A stretch of 64,000 nucleotides of DNA, taken from NCBI GenBank assembly GCA_977017575.1, contig CDRNVI010000066.1, forward strand, positions 186,001 through 250,000. The letters run 5' to 3'. The position numbers were made by a program, and so were the translations under genes. The notes below the pieces were generated by a model. That model was given only the letters and a program-made list of their open reading frames with translations, ran no database searches and was not told the DNA's origin. Of the stretch, positions 63,541 through 64,000 are shown piece by piece (within the stretch, counting starts at the first letter, position 1; every line of letters starts with the position of its first letter). Source of the DNA: Paramoeba atlantica. Taxonomy: Eukaryota; Protista; Discosea.

Positions 63541-64000
63541 TTAAACACTACAATTACGACGATGCCATGCATTTGGACCGTATCGCTCAAGCATTGACGG
63601 ATCGGCAAATATTCTTTTCCGACACGCAGCCTCGCCACACACACAATCAAAAGGTTTCATAATTTCATCACGAAACGTAGCATAATCGATAGTCAGTTCT
63701 TCACCTTTCACGATGTCACGAGAGGCAATAATATTGAGCGAATTCGGTGCCTCAAACATCGTATTCGGGGAGCAACTATGACTAATTGGACGCCACTTTG
63801 TGTGGTCCTCGTCCCGCACTACATAGAGATGCCGGTCGTCGGACAAAGGCCAAGCGTATCGCTCAAAATTGGCCTTATCATCACCCCTCCAGTGCTTCGT
63901 GACGTGAGCCAACGTCGCAATAGACATAGGCCTTCCTTCGTCGACAAAGACTGGACCAAATTGAAGAACATTCCGAGTTGCTTTCAAGTAATATCCTTTT
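63541..64000 (-). CDS. SET plus post-SET domain protein, C-terminal part; 5' end lies outside the window
   Basis: Frame is open to the window edge. ISHSCSPN, KGEELTIDY, FDCVCGEAACR. Confidence 0.88.
   Translation of the reverse strand, partial: KGYYLKATRNVLQFGPVFVDEGRPMSIATLAHVTKHWRGDDKANFERYAWPLSDDRHLYVVRDEDHTKWRPISHSCSPNTMFEAPNSLNIIASRDIVKGEELTIDYATFRDEIMKPFDCVCGEAACRKRIFADPSMLERYGPNAWHRRNCSV

Larger units (their letters stand above)
1019..64000 (-). other. Unidirectional, intronless gene cluster (kinetoplastid-type polycistronic unit)
   Basis: 25 of 25 supported host CDSs are on the minus strand, with no introns even in RPA1, XPF or EFL1. Confidence 0.8.

Noticed and set aside
1-64000. 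tRNA, rRNA or snRNA genes; introns; alternative genetic code
   Set aside because: No convincing T-arm/cloverleaf or rRNA signature was seen by eye (a covariance search was not possible), and conserved genes translate uninterrupted in the standard code.

Overview
Eukaryotic, intron-free, gene-dense DNA. All 25 host genes I can support lie on the minus strand; the only well-supported plus-strand coding sequences are transposon-derived. This is the directional (polycistronic) organisation of kinetoplastids, and the LRR gene type plus a Merlin transposon suggest a Perkinsela-like lineage (inference, not verified). Host genes: probable TFIIA large subunit, PQ-loop transporter, Ipi1/TEX10, mitochondrial carrier, ATP12, a triple Cys/His-finger SR-like protein, RPS8, XPF, an F-box protein, three tandem amino-acid transporters, a 2000-aa orphan, a 57-aa microprotein, EFL1, DOHH, LRR and LYR proteins, a PH-AGC kinase, malic enzyme, RPA1, an SCP phosphatase, thiamine pyrophosphokinase with an extra HAD-like N-terminus, and two SET proteins. 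The intergenic DNA holds many DNA transposons that the ORF track misses: a complete Merlin element (27-bp TIRs, 8-bp TSD), the 3' end of a Tc1-like element with D32E spacing, and at least seven TA-flanked non-autonomous TIR elements. One of these shares its TIR with the Tc1 element, and four share CTRTRCCCCC-type ends (three of them carry GNA-triloop hairpins). Also present are a tyrosine-recombinase retroelement RNase H relic next to a duplicated DOHH 5' end and recurring TACATGTA octamers that may be excision footprints. Several ORF-track starts are TTG and were moved to the first plausible ATG. Family assignments come from motif recognition by eye; no searches were run.
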